From the NCBI GenBank assembly GCA_002633005.1, contig NMRA01000035.1, positions 365,878 through 413,310 of the forward strand: a stretch of 47,433 bases of DNA, written 5' to 3'. Position 1 is the first letter of the stretch. Every line of letters begins with the position of its first letter. Position numbers and translations under genes: made by a program. Origin of the DNA: Phoronis australis (taxonomy: Eukaryota > Animalia > Phoronida). The notes under the pieces are model-generated. The model saw only the letters and a program-made list of their open reading frames with translations, searched no databases and was not told where the DNA came from. Below, in pieces: positions 34,301 to 46,329 of this stretch.

Positions 34301-35225
34301 CAAGGTACCTAAACTACACGGTCAACGGACTCAAAAACACGGGAACGGACGCATGAACACGACTCACGGACCGGCAAACACCGTCCACGGACTCACAAAC
34401 ACGGGAACGGACTCACAAAACACGATCCACGCACCCAAATACACGGGACACGGACTCATATTCACGAGGAAACACGGTTAACGGACCACCAAACACGGTC
34501 AACGGACAAAATGTCAACTTCAGCGTTGACAGCTGTGTAATGGGTGCGAGATTAAATATATTTTTGATGTTATTTTTGTCTGTACTGTGATGTAATTGTT
34601 GTGTTTCGTTTAAAATGGAAGAGAACTCTTGAGTAAAGGCTTCTGGTAATATCTTTTCGTTGTTAACGCTCGCCACGCTGTTTATGCCTGTTTACAATAA
34701 TGTTAATGCGCATTAAAAAGAACATAGAAAAGGATTATAGCATCATATAACTTGAAATATTTGTCTTATGTGAAAGTTAGCTCATTTTGTATTTTTGTAT
34801 TAAAATCAAGCTTTTTAAGTGAAGGTATTGCCAAATAGTTGAAGATTAATCAATTCCCTTTAGTGCGTAGTAATAGTCACTATTTCGCGCTATTTACTTG
34901 GGAAGCATCCTCGTCCGCAAGCCTCAAGAGAGCGCTGATCGCTAAGCAGATTAACGCCATCTTGAGGCTGACCCAGGAAGGCGGTGAGTCCGTGTCCCGT
35001 GTTTATGGCATGCTTTATCGGCGTGGATTGTGTTTGGCGGTCCGTTAACCGTGTTTCCTCGTGAATATGAGTCCGTGTCCCGTGTATTTGGGTGCGTGGA
35101 TCGTGTTTTGTGAGTCCGTTCCCGTGTTTGTGAGTCCGTGGACGGTGTTTGCCGGTCCGTGAGTCGTGTTCATGCGCCCGTTCCCGTGTTTTTGAGTCCG
35201 TTGACCGTGTAGTTTAGGTACCTTG
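34301..35225. mobile_element. Young non-autonomous fold-back DNA transposon: ~196 bp near-perfect TIRs built from ~21 bp subrepeats, 5 bp TSD AACTT
   Basis: 34301-34496 is the reverse complement of 35030-35225 with very few mismatches; AACTT at 34296-34300 and 35226-35230. Confidence 0.92.
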
Positions 35226-36494
35226 AACTTGTTGGATTCTATAGCCCAACAACAAGTTGGGAAGATGACCCCCATAGCCAATATCCCACACCACTGATTA
35301 ACTCCATTCTGGCATTTATGGTTGGAGGGCCAGCTCTCTTTAGTTCAATAATTGCACTAAGCTCTAATAAGATCATTATTTCTAGCCTGAATGGGCTGTG
35401 CTGTTAAAAATAAAAGTCAAGTTATAACACGTTTGAAAGTAAACAAATAGCATTTCTGAATTCCTTGTCAAATGGTGATCATGTTTAGTTTTTGAATTGC
35501 CAAAATCGCCCAACCACAACCGAAGTTACAACAACCTATTCTTTCCAAACATACAAATTCGCTCTGGGTTTGACTGTGTTCACAGGTGGTCAGTAATAAG
35601 CCTGGTAGATAATTGGCCTGACTGTTGTCATACCAGACAAAAGACTGTGCTGGGCAGTTTACAAAGGAGCTAGATGTTATCACAGGCACACAACCTTCTA
35701 TGTCTGGTAAAGTCACTGAACGAGAGAACACGGTAATCTTACACAAAAATTGGTAGGGACAAATCAACAGAGGACCAGAAGTTTTCATGAAATGCAGATT
35801 GTTTCAGCACTATAGTAGACTGATTTTTGTCACTTAAGCAATGAAAACAATTAAATTTTCAATGATGACTGACCATGACAAGAATCCTATGTTGACACCC
35901 AAACCGGTCGAGATTAGGCATCTCAACCGGTTTGCCTGCCTCAGGAATTGTCGGTTCAGATCAACTAAAGACCTCATGCTGTTGTGGTTAATTAAATTGT
36001 CTCAAGCTGCTTATGCTATCGTTCTTAGAAAATCAGACCCACCATGAACACACTGGGGGGGAGACAAATTTTTTTTAATTTTTGATTTGAAAGTTTTTAA
36101 ACAGCATATTTGAATCGTTCATGAAAAGTAGATGTTGTTTGGCTTTTGAATTTTTAAAATCAGACAAGAGCTGTGACTTTTAGCCTGTTCAGGATGGGTT
36201 CATAATTAACTAAACTAATTAAGTTTCGCTGGCAATCAAAATCTACCACTACTTTGGTTCTTCAAGTTTAAAAATAAAATACAAAGACATCAACCCATTC
36301 CTGGTAACAAAAAAAGAACAAGTACACAAATGAAATAACGAAAATATTTAAAGCCATTGTTCCTTTGAGAAGTCGCCCTTGGTCATGATAAACACAAATT
36401 CACTGTTTTAGTCATTTGGTAATATTTAAAATCTACCAAGTTAAAACTACTCTCCACAGCTGCAGGTTGCAACTCTGTGCAAATGGACGTAACA

Positions 36495-36779
36495 CAGTGG
36501 CGGATCTAGGATACCATAAGGGGGAGGCCCAAGATGTTGCCTCGGAGAATTGGGCAAAGCGTGATTGTATGCACAGGAGGCCCGAAAGTTGTTGGGGTTG
36601 GTGATGTGGACCTGGTGTTGCCAAATTCTATCGGAACACAATTCCGATGCGCCCTGCCCTGCCCTCCCCCCGCTGCCATTCAAAATTGATGGCACTCGTT
36701 TCTTCACACTATTGCTGCTGTTTATTTTTCCTTGCACCAGCCAAGGGGGGGGCCTGGGCCCCCCCTAAGTCCGCCTATG
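36495..36779. mobile_element. MITE (CAGTGGCGGA...TCCGCCTATG) with 5 bp TSD TAACA
   Basis: TSD at 36490-36494 and 36780-36784. Confidence 0.8.
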
Positions 36780-36814
36780 TAACAACAACCATCATAAATT
36801 GTCGAGACAGTTGT

Positions 36815-37258
36815 GCTGCTGTACGTGAACTTGGAATCCCACTTAATCTTAAAATATCAAGATTAAGCGGAAGTAAGTGTTGCATGAACTTGGAATACGC
36901 AAGGCAACTTGACAAGTTCACTCAAATAATCACGTCCATGTTCATAAAAATTTGTGCTGCACTGAATAAAGTTACATTTGAATAAAATAATGTCAATTTT
37001 AACCAACCTTTTCAACTACGGGCGATCAGTTTCACCAAACAACAATCGATTTAGCCATTCACATATTCCTCTGGTTCAGCGACACAAGTTACGGTAAAGG
37101 AGAAAATGGTTGATCGCGAAGGCAATAATTATAAAATTCTTTTCACCAAACAAAAATTTCACCTTTTTGCCTTAAAGAATATTTAATTCCAAGTTCACAC
37201 AACACTCACTTCCACTTAATCTTAAGTTAAGCAGGGTTCCAAGTTCACGCACAGCAGT
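36815..37258. mobile_element. MITE with ~80 bp imperfect TIRs
   Basis: ctgctgtacgtgaacttggaat...tgaacttggaat is mirrored by attccaagttca...ttccaagttcacgcacagcag. Confidence 0.75.
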
Positions 37259-37399
37259 GCTAGCAATTACCTTTCCACTGCATTAGCTCAGATCTACATC
37301 AATAAAAAGGGAGAGCTGAATAGGTTTCAAAAAGGTGTCTGGGGCTAAGAGAATCGGAGCAGTGACCAGTGAGGCCGAGAAATTCTCCACATGCGCTGT

Positions 37400-37750
37400 C
37401 TACGATAGCCAGCCAGCTAGCTGTATGAAGACTGTCGTCAAAATACAGCTAGGTCCCAAAGTGTGTATTTCTTCCGTAGACCCCGAAATTGCACACAGCC
37501 TGGGTAGTTCTGCTCGTCACCGCGCCGTGAAACTTGTATCAACATGTAAAGCTAAAAACCGGACAGTGTGCATGCAAAATCTGGTAGTCAACCGACACTC
37601 ACCTTTCCTGTTACAGCCGTTTAAGTGAAAAACAATGCAATAAACGTCATTTTCTTGTGTAACTCTCAGCCTTTTCTAACAATGAAAAGTATTTCGTCGT
37701 TTTGAAAACAGTACGCTCGTGTCACGCGCACGCGCCATTTCCTAAATTTT
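37400..37750 (-). other. CpG-rich candidate 5' exon/promoter of the SLC17 gene (donor AAG|GTGAGT, exon end 37603); has an inverted copy at 43370-43690
   Basis: Strong donor in the right orientation and local CpG enrichment. The link to SLC17 is inferred only. Confidence 0.4.
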
Positions 37751-39040
37751 TGCGACATCTCTTGGGTGATGATGATAGCTTGGCAGCAGCAAAATTTCTT
37801 CTGAAATTCGATTTTTCGGTATCAAAACTCTAAAAATTTATAATGATCAGTGAAACCAGTTCTGATAATTTGTTGTGACGTGTACGCAAGCTCGTGAAAG
37901 AACAACAGTTGATTGAAGAATCGGTGAAAAAAGAAACTGGTCAATAGGTGACGCAATATTTCACGGCGCCGAAAGCCGTCGCTAAAGATCGCTCCACAAC
38001 TTGAGCAGCAGAATAACGGTAGAACGCAATTTTTGCCAACAGTGACCGTTAAATAATTTAGTTTACTCAAGGAAGACTGTAGATTTTAATGACACCAATT
38101 TTGTGTCAGATTTTATCTTGCCACTTTTTTACCCACATCGGTGCAAAGCTGTATATTTATATATATACAGCTTTGTACCAAGGCTATGTCTACGTCTACG
38201 ATATATAGTGCTAAGTGCTGTTGTCGCCACCCCTTACTTAGCTGTTTCTTTAGTTGTTGTTGCTGGAGTAATCCATCGTCGCCGTCTGAGGACATTTTAC
38301 CCTCGTGCATTATGGAACAATGGCTAAATTATGGTATCTGAATACATGTCCATCGGATTAAAACATTGAAAACGATTGATAGAGTGGGCTAATACTGGAA
38401 TTCTCACCAGCCCCGCACATTGTTTACCACGGAGTCATATGATCGTGAGTGAGACAGCGTAATAGTTGAGTGAGCAAACATTTATGCTAATTTGTTTGTA
38501 TATTTTTATGCGTTTCGCGAGTATTTTGTTTACAAGAAAAAACGGGAGGTGCAGTTGCTTATTACGCAAACTCCAAATTGGTTGATCGTAACACCTCTTT
38601 TTACTGCTATATTTTTTGCGTCGCATGACTATCACGTGATATAGACGCCCGTCACTCAACCTTGTCCCCAAGCCTCAAGATGGCGCTGATCGATTTAGCC
38701 ATTTGCGGCTTGCATGGTCAGGAGATATCCTAGTCCCCGCGGTTTTTCTGCGCGCAGAATGGCCATTGACTGACGACGTTCACCGCCGCTGACAAGCTGC
38801 GGCAATGACAAGAAACCTTCAAACACTTAAATCTCCGAATACTTAAATACCAGGAACCGTGAACTTGTCTGGACTGGCAAGATCCAACGCATTCTCAGTA
38901 CTAGTATTAGGGAAGCCGAACTAGAAACCGCGCTATTTTCGAAATTTTTTAGATAAAAGGTGCTCGCGTAATTATTGTTCGTGGGCTAATTTTTGTGCTT
39001 CAAAATCGAAGTTTGAAGGTTTCCTGTAATTAAGACAGAT

Positions 39041-39290
39041 CTTCTCTTCTCTTCTAGGCGTTGTCCATCCACTGCAGGATGTAGCCCTCCGACAATGCTT
39101 TCCAACTTGTCCTGTCTCTTGCTGCTCTCCGATCCATGTTGTGCCTATCGTTTTCACGATGTCATCTCTCCATCTGGCTTGGGGCTGTCCTCTTGATCTC
39201 TTTCCATGAGTTGCCACATGTGCATCTCAGTTTTGCCCATCTGTTGTTCTGTGCTCTGGCCACGTGTCCGCCCCACCTCCATTTCATAAC
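39041..39290 (-). mobile_element. 3' end of an RTE-clade LINE
   Basis: MKWRWGGHVAR...RW...GKRSRGQPQARWRDDI...RDRTSWKAL.EGYILQW with frameshifts, followed by a GA-rich tail. Confidence 0.88.
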
Positions 39291-40187
39291 GCTAAACCCT
39301 CGTGAGAGACCGCCCCGAGTTGGCTGCTGGAGCAACTCGGGGCGGTCTGGGATCAAGCGGAAAAACCACAGGGTAAATCTGTGGTCGACGAATCTATTCG
39401 GTCGATTACATTTTATTGCCCGTGAAGCCGCTAAGGGCTGCCTGAAGAAATATGACTCGCGAGTTTGTATTTTCGCCTTTTTCAATGACATGTAAAANTT
39501 AACTGAGCATGGGCGTTAACCCGAACGATTACGGTAGTGTCAAGATCATTTAACTCCTTTTCCACGAAATTCTCTGAAATGATAGGCTTTTCACTACTTT
39601 GGACCTCGAAAACAACCTTTTTTTCGCAGATTCTTGTTGGCAGATGCGTACCAAAGTCACCATGGGTTCCACCCCACCGGTAATATTGCTCAGACCTGGG
39701 CTGGGACCGACGCATCTTGGACGATGCAGTCTCTAGTTTAAACTTGTGAAGAGCGACGCTCTGTGGAAAGAACGTGTGTCGCTAGATTGGTTCAGTTTTT
39801 GGTCGCCTGATGAATCCTTCCCATTGAACATGGCGGTATCAACAGGAAAACAGTGAAAACAAAAACTTGACTGTAAAATTGTAAGGGAGCAAGGTAGGAG
39901 ATATTTCCTTAAATTTTTGGATTGAGAACGATGAGAGGAATCGAATGATACAAAAATCATATGTTAATGTCGTCACATTGGAAACAATAACCAAGGACTG
40001 CTCGAAGAAAAAGTTTGATAACGGGAGGATGTGTTAGATGTGGAAGGAATCAAGACATCGACAGCCTCCTAAGGTGTCTCTCTATGCGCAATAGGTACTT
40101 ATAACATTGTGGCTTTGATGTTTTAGTCAGTGTGAGGCACAATTCGCCGAAAAGTTTCTGGCGTATGAAGCTCCTATAAGAGCTTCA

Positions 40188-40411
40188 CCGTCTCTACTGC
40201 CTGGCCAGCTAGAGACGGTGGTGTTGTAGATGTGCTTCCGGTGAATTATATGAGCCTCTGTTAGCTACTCGCTAACGGGCAATTGCCTATTACTAGCATT
40301 AGCTGAGTGGTTAGCACGCTTGCCGGTTTTAAGGGGGTCGCTGGTTCGATCTCCGGGTCGGGTAATCTCGGCTATTACTACAGCGGTTACTGTTTAGGCC
40401 AGGCAGAGACT
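40188..40411 (+). repeat. Repeat with a tRNA-like core (A box 40300-40310, B box from 40343), bounded by short inverted repeats
   Basis: tagctgagtgg...ggttcgatctcc; flanks gtctctactgcctggcc/ggccaggcagagac. Relatives at 42105-42245 and 42484-42620. Confidence 0.65.
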
Positions 40412-41269
40412 ATCTAAAATTCTTTTGGCGATTCTGATATCAAATAGGGGCTCTACAACTTTAAAATTGGCTCAAAGATAAATCAAAAACAACAGTTGAT
40501 GGCAAGTCGGAAGTAGAATACGGACTGTACTGGGCGTGCCAAACTTCAAATTTACTGCTTTATCAAGAAAAGGATTGAGAAAAAGGCCTACACACTGTAA
40601 ATTTGCATGTTTGGTGATCTTTAAACAAGTTTATCACCACGGGTCTTCAAGAATGAAACCCAACACTTACAAAATTTTTCGGTCTTTCAAGTTCACGGCA
40701 AGCACCGACTTCCTGATGACCACTTGACACAAAAATGTGACCTACTTTTTATTTTAGCATCATTTAAAAATTGTACTAAACTCGAACTCTGTCAAAAAAT
40801 TTCTCCTAGAGTGACTGAGAAAACTTATAATAACGAAACACTGATTAATTTAGTCCAAAAAACACAAAAAGTGCGAAAGTCCCTAGAATTTATTACGTTT
40901 TGTGTAGTTTGTGTGGGGCCCACATTTCGACCTAGTTCTGAAGTTCAAAATGGCGGAAGTGCAGGTAAACTGAAATGTTGTGTTGTGTAATTTTTGTTTT
41001 TTTCTTTTAAGTCTTTCAGTGTTACAGTGTATTTAGTAGTTCATCGATGGATGGCAGTTTCCTTGTTATAATGTAGACCGGTTAAAGTTTTTTAATACTA
41101 ACGACTGTCACAGTAAGTTTCTTTGAGATATGCGGAAATGATAAACAATCCTTCCGAAATTGACCAACCCCTTTTCAGCAGTTTAGTATTTGGCTTTGGA
41201 TAGGTGACTTCGTTTTGCTTTTACCTTCAGTCAATGACTCATCTCTCCGTTCATGGGTACATAAAAGTA

Positions 41270-41976
41270 CATACTTGATATTAATATTTTCTGAATCCTC
41301 TCGCCATGGTGATCATGGTGATTCCAAAACTGTATTACTGGTATTGATTAGGCTCTTCCTGTATTCACCGTTTTTACGAGGTGTTCATTTGTGGCAGCCG
41401 ATCTCGAGTGACCGCCATTATAAAACTGCGACACCTCTCAGCAGAAATGATAACTACAATGATCACGCGTGTGCGGTCAGAAGACCCCAAAACTGGCTGG
41501 TATATTGAAGATATCCCGTGGTACATTAGGGAAACTGAGTAAAAACAGTAATAGTCATTTATAAAGCATTGCCTCTTCAAAAATTCTTCTTTAGAAAACA
41601 TGCAAGAGTGTGTGTTCTGGAAAACACTTGACCTCTCGGGAACATGATTTTGGCTGGTGTTATGGCGGACATTTGTTGTCTCAGAGACAAATACTGTTTC
41701 AAACAAGTGGAATTAGGTAATAAGATAACTAATATCATGGGCATGCTAAGATAGCGAACACAGGAACACATTCTGCATCGAAGCAACTTCACTCTAGGTT
41801 AACCCAGCCGAAAGGTGTCACACTTTTAAAAATGGCTGCCTTACTAAATCCGCGTTGCAAATGAATGCCTTGGAAAAACTCGAAAATTACGAGTAAGAAG
41901 CGTCCATTCAGTACAAGTAATACATTTTTGGAATCACCGTGACTAGAGGATTCAGAAAATAATAGTATCAAGTATG
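41270..41976. mobile_element. Non-autonomous TIR element with ~80 bp imperfect inverted repeats and TA flanks
   Basis: catacttgata...ttttctgaatcctct...ggtgattccaaaa is mirrored at 41900-41976; TA at 41268-41269 and 41977-41978. Confidence 0.7.
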
Positions 41977-42104
41977 TATGTTAATACTGTTGGATTGTAA
42001 ACAATAACCATCAATTCCTCTGAAATTTGTTATTGGTTTTACAGACATTTGTAAAAATTATTAAAAAGTGTTGTGAGTGTAAGATAAGTCGGACGTTGTA
42101 GAAC

Positions 42105-42620
42105 TGCTTCCTGTGAATCATATGAGTGTCTGTTAGCCACTCGCAAATGGGCAATTGCCTATTAGCTGAATTATTAGCACACTTCCCACTCTCATGGGGG
42201 TTGCTGTTTCGGTTATTGGGTCAGTTAAACTCGGCTATTACTACAATTGGCATTACTGGCAAACAGATGATATACCAAGGAAGCACTGCCAACACAGGGC
42301 CTGCGGACCTAGGACAGGGCACAATTGATGTGGGTCCAGAACACAAGGAGAGCGTTGCTGAGGACAAATTCCAGGAGACAGGGTAGTGTTGCTGAGGGCA
42401 AATTCCAGGGTGGTAGGGTTTTGCTGGGATCTGCAGCCAGGAGGTGTACCTATTCCGTAGGAAAGGGGCGTATGATGGAGACATGCTTCCGGTAAATCAT
42501 GAGCCTCTTTTAGCCACTCGCTAAGAGGCAATTCATATAAGTTGAATGGTTAGCACGCTTGGCAGTTGTATCGGGGTCGCTGGTTTAGTTCCCGGGTTGG
42601 GTAAACTCAGCTTTTACCAT
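42105..42620 (+). repeat. Two further degenerate copies of the tRNA-like repeat, about 380 bp apart
   Basis: tgcttcc.gtgaatcat..gag..tct.ttagccactcgc...ggcaatt...ttagcac...gggg.tcgctg motif at 42105 and 42484. Confidence 0.75.
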
Positions 42621-42740
42621 ACACCGGCTTCCACAATTTTTGAAAACCCATCTCTTGGTAAAAACTGCAGTTGATAAAGGGGCCTGTGCTTTTTTCTGAT
42701 TCTTTAATCAACTGTTCTACTTAAACGAAACTGTGTATGT

Positions 42741-43236
42741 CAGGGCTTGGAATTTTCCGCGGAAACGCGGATTTCCGCTTTTTTCAAATGTTCTGTCCAC
42801 GTATTTTATTATATTTCCGCGTAAAAAAATCGGATTTGATATAAAATTTCCGCGGCAAATTTCTTTCTTATCGCCGCGTTGCCGACGACTTTCACCTCGA
42901 AAAGCGGAAGTTGCTCTTTATGTTTCGGAGGAATGTAAATTGTCAACATTGCCGGGGCATCTGGGATAGCGTGGTGGATTTCCTTAATGGCGGCTCGTGT
43001 GATTGTAAACCGCGGTGACAAATACTACGACTCTGCAGCCAAAAATGTTTGGAGGTGGGAGTGGCAGACGAGCTAAGACAGACGCAGACGCATGCTTCCG
43101 GAGGTGGTACCATTTTTTTAGTCCTCTCGATTTTTGTCGCCAAAATGTCCACACCGACTTTTTCAAGGCTGGCTGCTTGCATGTTTCGTAACGTAACAAT
43201 TTCCGCATTTTTCGCCATTGGTCATTCCAAGCCCTG
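42741..43236. mobile_element. hAT-like MITE (496 bp), TIR CAGGGCTTGGAAT, 6 bp TSD GTATGT
   Basis: Perfect 13 bp TIRs; gtatgt at 42735-42740 and 43237-43242; CpG-rich interior. Confidence 0.85.
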
Positions 43237-43369
43237 GTATGTGTCATAACAAACTCTTAGAATTGGTTTCACTTTGTTATAAGATTTTAGCATTTTAACA
43301 CTAATACCCTGAATTTATGTACAAAATGTTTTTCTTCAGCATTGGTGTCATTAACTCCCAGAAGAGGTA

Positions 43370-43690
43370 AAAATTTGCAAATGGTGCATGCCACGAGCAT
43401 ATTGTTTTCAAGTGGACGACACTTTTCTTTGTAATAAAAGGATGAGAATTATGTACAAAAATGGTGTTTCTTTAGACTGAGCATAACAGGGAAGTTGAGT
43501 GGCGGTTGACACCCAGATTTTGCATACACCCTCACTTAGCTCTACTTGTTGATATAAATTTCACGATGAGGTGACAAGCACCAGGCTGTGTGAAATTTTG
43601 AGGTCTATATGTAAGATTAACACCTAGTGGTTCTTAGCTGTAGTTTGACCTTTAGTCTTCATACAGTTAACTGGCTGGCTGTGGAAAAGG
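43370..43690 (+). repeat. Diverged inverted copy of 37400-37750
   Basis: For example taacagggaagttgagtggcggttgacacccagattttgcat matches reverse-complemented taacaggaaaggtgagtgtcggttgactaccagattttgcat. Confidence 0.85.
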
Positions 43691-46329
43691 TTGCTGGTTA
43701 GAAACAGAACAGGTAATTCAAGCTGATCATATCGAATTCTTTTACCAAGCAAACTAATTTTTCTTTCCAATTGGCTATCAAAACAAACACATACCATGGC
43801 TAGTAATCCGGCATCTTAAAGTTATAAATTATCTGGGCTTCAAACCTTCATCTAAATTGTCTTTAGCATCCAAGGTCCCAAAGTCTTCTTATTGAAAAAC
43901 AATTTAAACACGTTTCATTTGAAATTTAATTAGGGATACCTGAAATTATGTAATAACCGCCACCACCTCACCCTCCTGAGTACAGTATACTTTGTACCTC
44001 TGAAACAAAAGAGCAAAACTAAAAATTTGGATCTTGAACATTAAGAACCAGACCATAGAATAAATGATGTTCCTTACTTTTTGAATCAGTTGGAAGAATT
44101 ATGTTTGACCCTTTTGAAACAGTTAAATGAGCCTTCAAAATAATATAAATAATTTAGAATGTTTAAAATGCATAAAATGCAGTAGGTTTAACTTCATGAG
44201 ATGTAGGATTACTCCTGTTGCCTGTTCACGCGTGGCATGTGTCTCATTGCTAGCAAAGTTCTATGTTTTAACTTAATTGAGATAGTAAGGATTATTCATG
44301 ATGGGTCAATTTAATGCTGTATTAGGCTCTGATCTAGGTAGCTTTTTGTCACCTTTTGTGTTCCCAGTTTGTTGTGTGATCCGTTTCACTTCTTTTTTGG
44401 CAATTGACATCTGGAAAGTTGGTAATGTGTAACTTTTGCTGACATCACTAAATGAGGGTATGGTTAACATTTTTGTAAAAAGAATAAAAATTTCTATTTT
44501 AAAATCAAAATAATAATTTTATGTTTAAATTGTTCAAACAAACTTTGTGACAATAATAGTTTAGTTAGTGACCCACAACTGTCTAGTTCACTGTACCCAA
44601 TGAGTCGCGCATACCCTTGATACTCTAGGGTAAAAAGTCACTATTTCTGAGAAAATAATTGCCAAAGTTAACCTTTATTTTGTTTTTTAAAGGCTTCAGA
44701 TGGTAAAATTGTTCCCAACTTCTCGAAAATTGTCTAGTGATGAGCACCTGCAATGGTGTAGTTTTTTCAAAATGATAAAAATTTGTTAGGTGCTACAAAT
44801 TGGTAGGATAGTCAGCTTTGGTCCGCTGTGGATAAACTGAGTGGTATGAAATGTAAATAAAATAATCTTAGTTGTTATTGGTTCTAAAATATTCTCATTA
44901 TTCTGATATTCTGGGTAAGAGTCCGATTATTGTAACATCACATTCTGAGTCGGCTACTTTTTTTGAACACCAGTTGGTAAAATGAGCAACTGTTTCTCAA
45001 ATCAAAGACCAACACATCAACTATTACTATCAGTCTGTGGAGCAATTTATATGACCATTTGACATGTAGCATCACCGTTTTTAACCAGTTTCCCTTTTGT
45101 TGAATTTGCAAATAACTCTTCTACTTTCACATCATTAATTGCAGTTCACAGTAAATGACAACTCATAATTGGTTTCACTTCCTTTTAATTGTGAATATTC
45201 CAGCTACCTGTAGTTATGAGCAAAGTTTGCTTTAAGCCAAGTCATCATAATTTCCTTATTCCTGTCACTTTATCTCTAGCATGGCTTTAAGTGTAGAGTG
45301 TTTCTTTTAAGTGACCATAACAGACAAGGTTATGTATTTGGGCTAATGTTTGTCAAAACTTAAAATTATCTACAGAACCAAGAGTATCCTGGTTTCCATC
45401 TGGTGATTTTTGACCAATAAAATTCAAAGTTTGTCACAAAGACTTCCTAGTCTGTGAGACTAAGAATACCACCCGAATGTGACACATGGCAGCATTTTGG
45501 ATTGCTCGGATATTCAGGATAGTTCTAATCATCTACTGAATGTACCATATCAGCCANACGAAAACGCGTACCAGGATGTAAGGTTCGTGCCCTCCCCCTC
45601 GAGTTTTAGTTGGCAATTTTGACATGAAGATGACGGTGATATTTATGCGTTCCTTGACGAGAATTCCAGCAAGTCAAGTTTTGCCTAATTCAGCTTTTCA
45701 TTCATTTTTATACCGTGTATGGTCGCTGGCAAAATAAGATACCATCAAGATTTTAGTCTACATGTTTCCTAACTCGGTTTTTGGACATAACACTAGTTAT
45801 AGGAATCTGATTATGAGCGCGCAAGAGAAGACGGAACATATTTGCGACGTTTCGTTTACTCAAAGTTAATGAGCCTAAACGTCAGAAAATATTTGTTTTC
45901 TCTTTCTCGCTTATAATGATTTTCAATGGTTTCCGTTATTCAATTTCGGCAAGGTCGTCGCTTTCTCGCAAAACTACCGATTGGATGATCAATTACGCAC
46001 TTATTTGCTCTCCGTTTTAACGCGTGATCATCGTCAATACACCTCCAAAAATTGCACATCGTCTTTGCGCAAACTACATTGAGATTTAAGTTTCCCGAAA
46101 AAAGTTGACGATCGGATAGTGTTTAAAATTCTAATTCTAAATTTCTCCAGTTAGTGCACAAATGAAGTAAAAGAAAGTAGTTCTGCTTGTCGCGTCAGCT
46201 GTTGGTATCATTTTCTCGATTTATGACCCACAACGCGTGACTGGTCAAAGCCTTTTCAAATTAGCCGGTGGAGCGTGAGACCCCTGAGGTCCCAATCGAG
46301 TCCTCACGACAACTTCGCGTTATGTCAAT

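Noticed and set aside
34301-34510. ~21 bp periodic repeats as a CRISPR-like array (also 12060-12270)
   Set aside because: There are no unique spacers, and the units are subrepeats within the inverted arms of a transposon.
40295-40370. Functional tRNA gene
   Set aside because: A/B boxes are present but I could not pair a convincing acceptor stem or anticodon arm, and degenerate copies occur nearby.
43700-46250. Further exons or genes in this AT-rich stretch
   Set aside because: No ORF of 60 aa or more and no recognisable coding motif; small exons cannot be excluded by eye.
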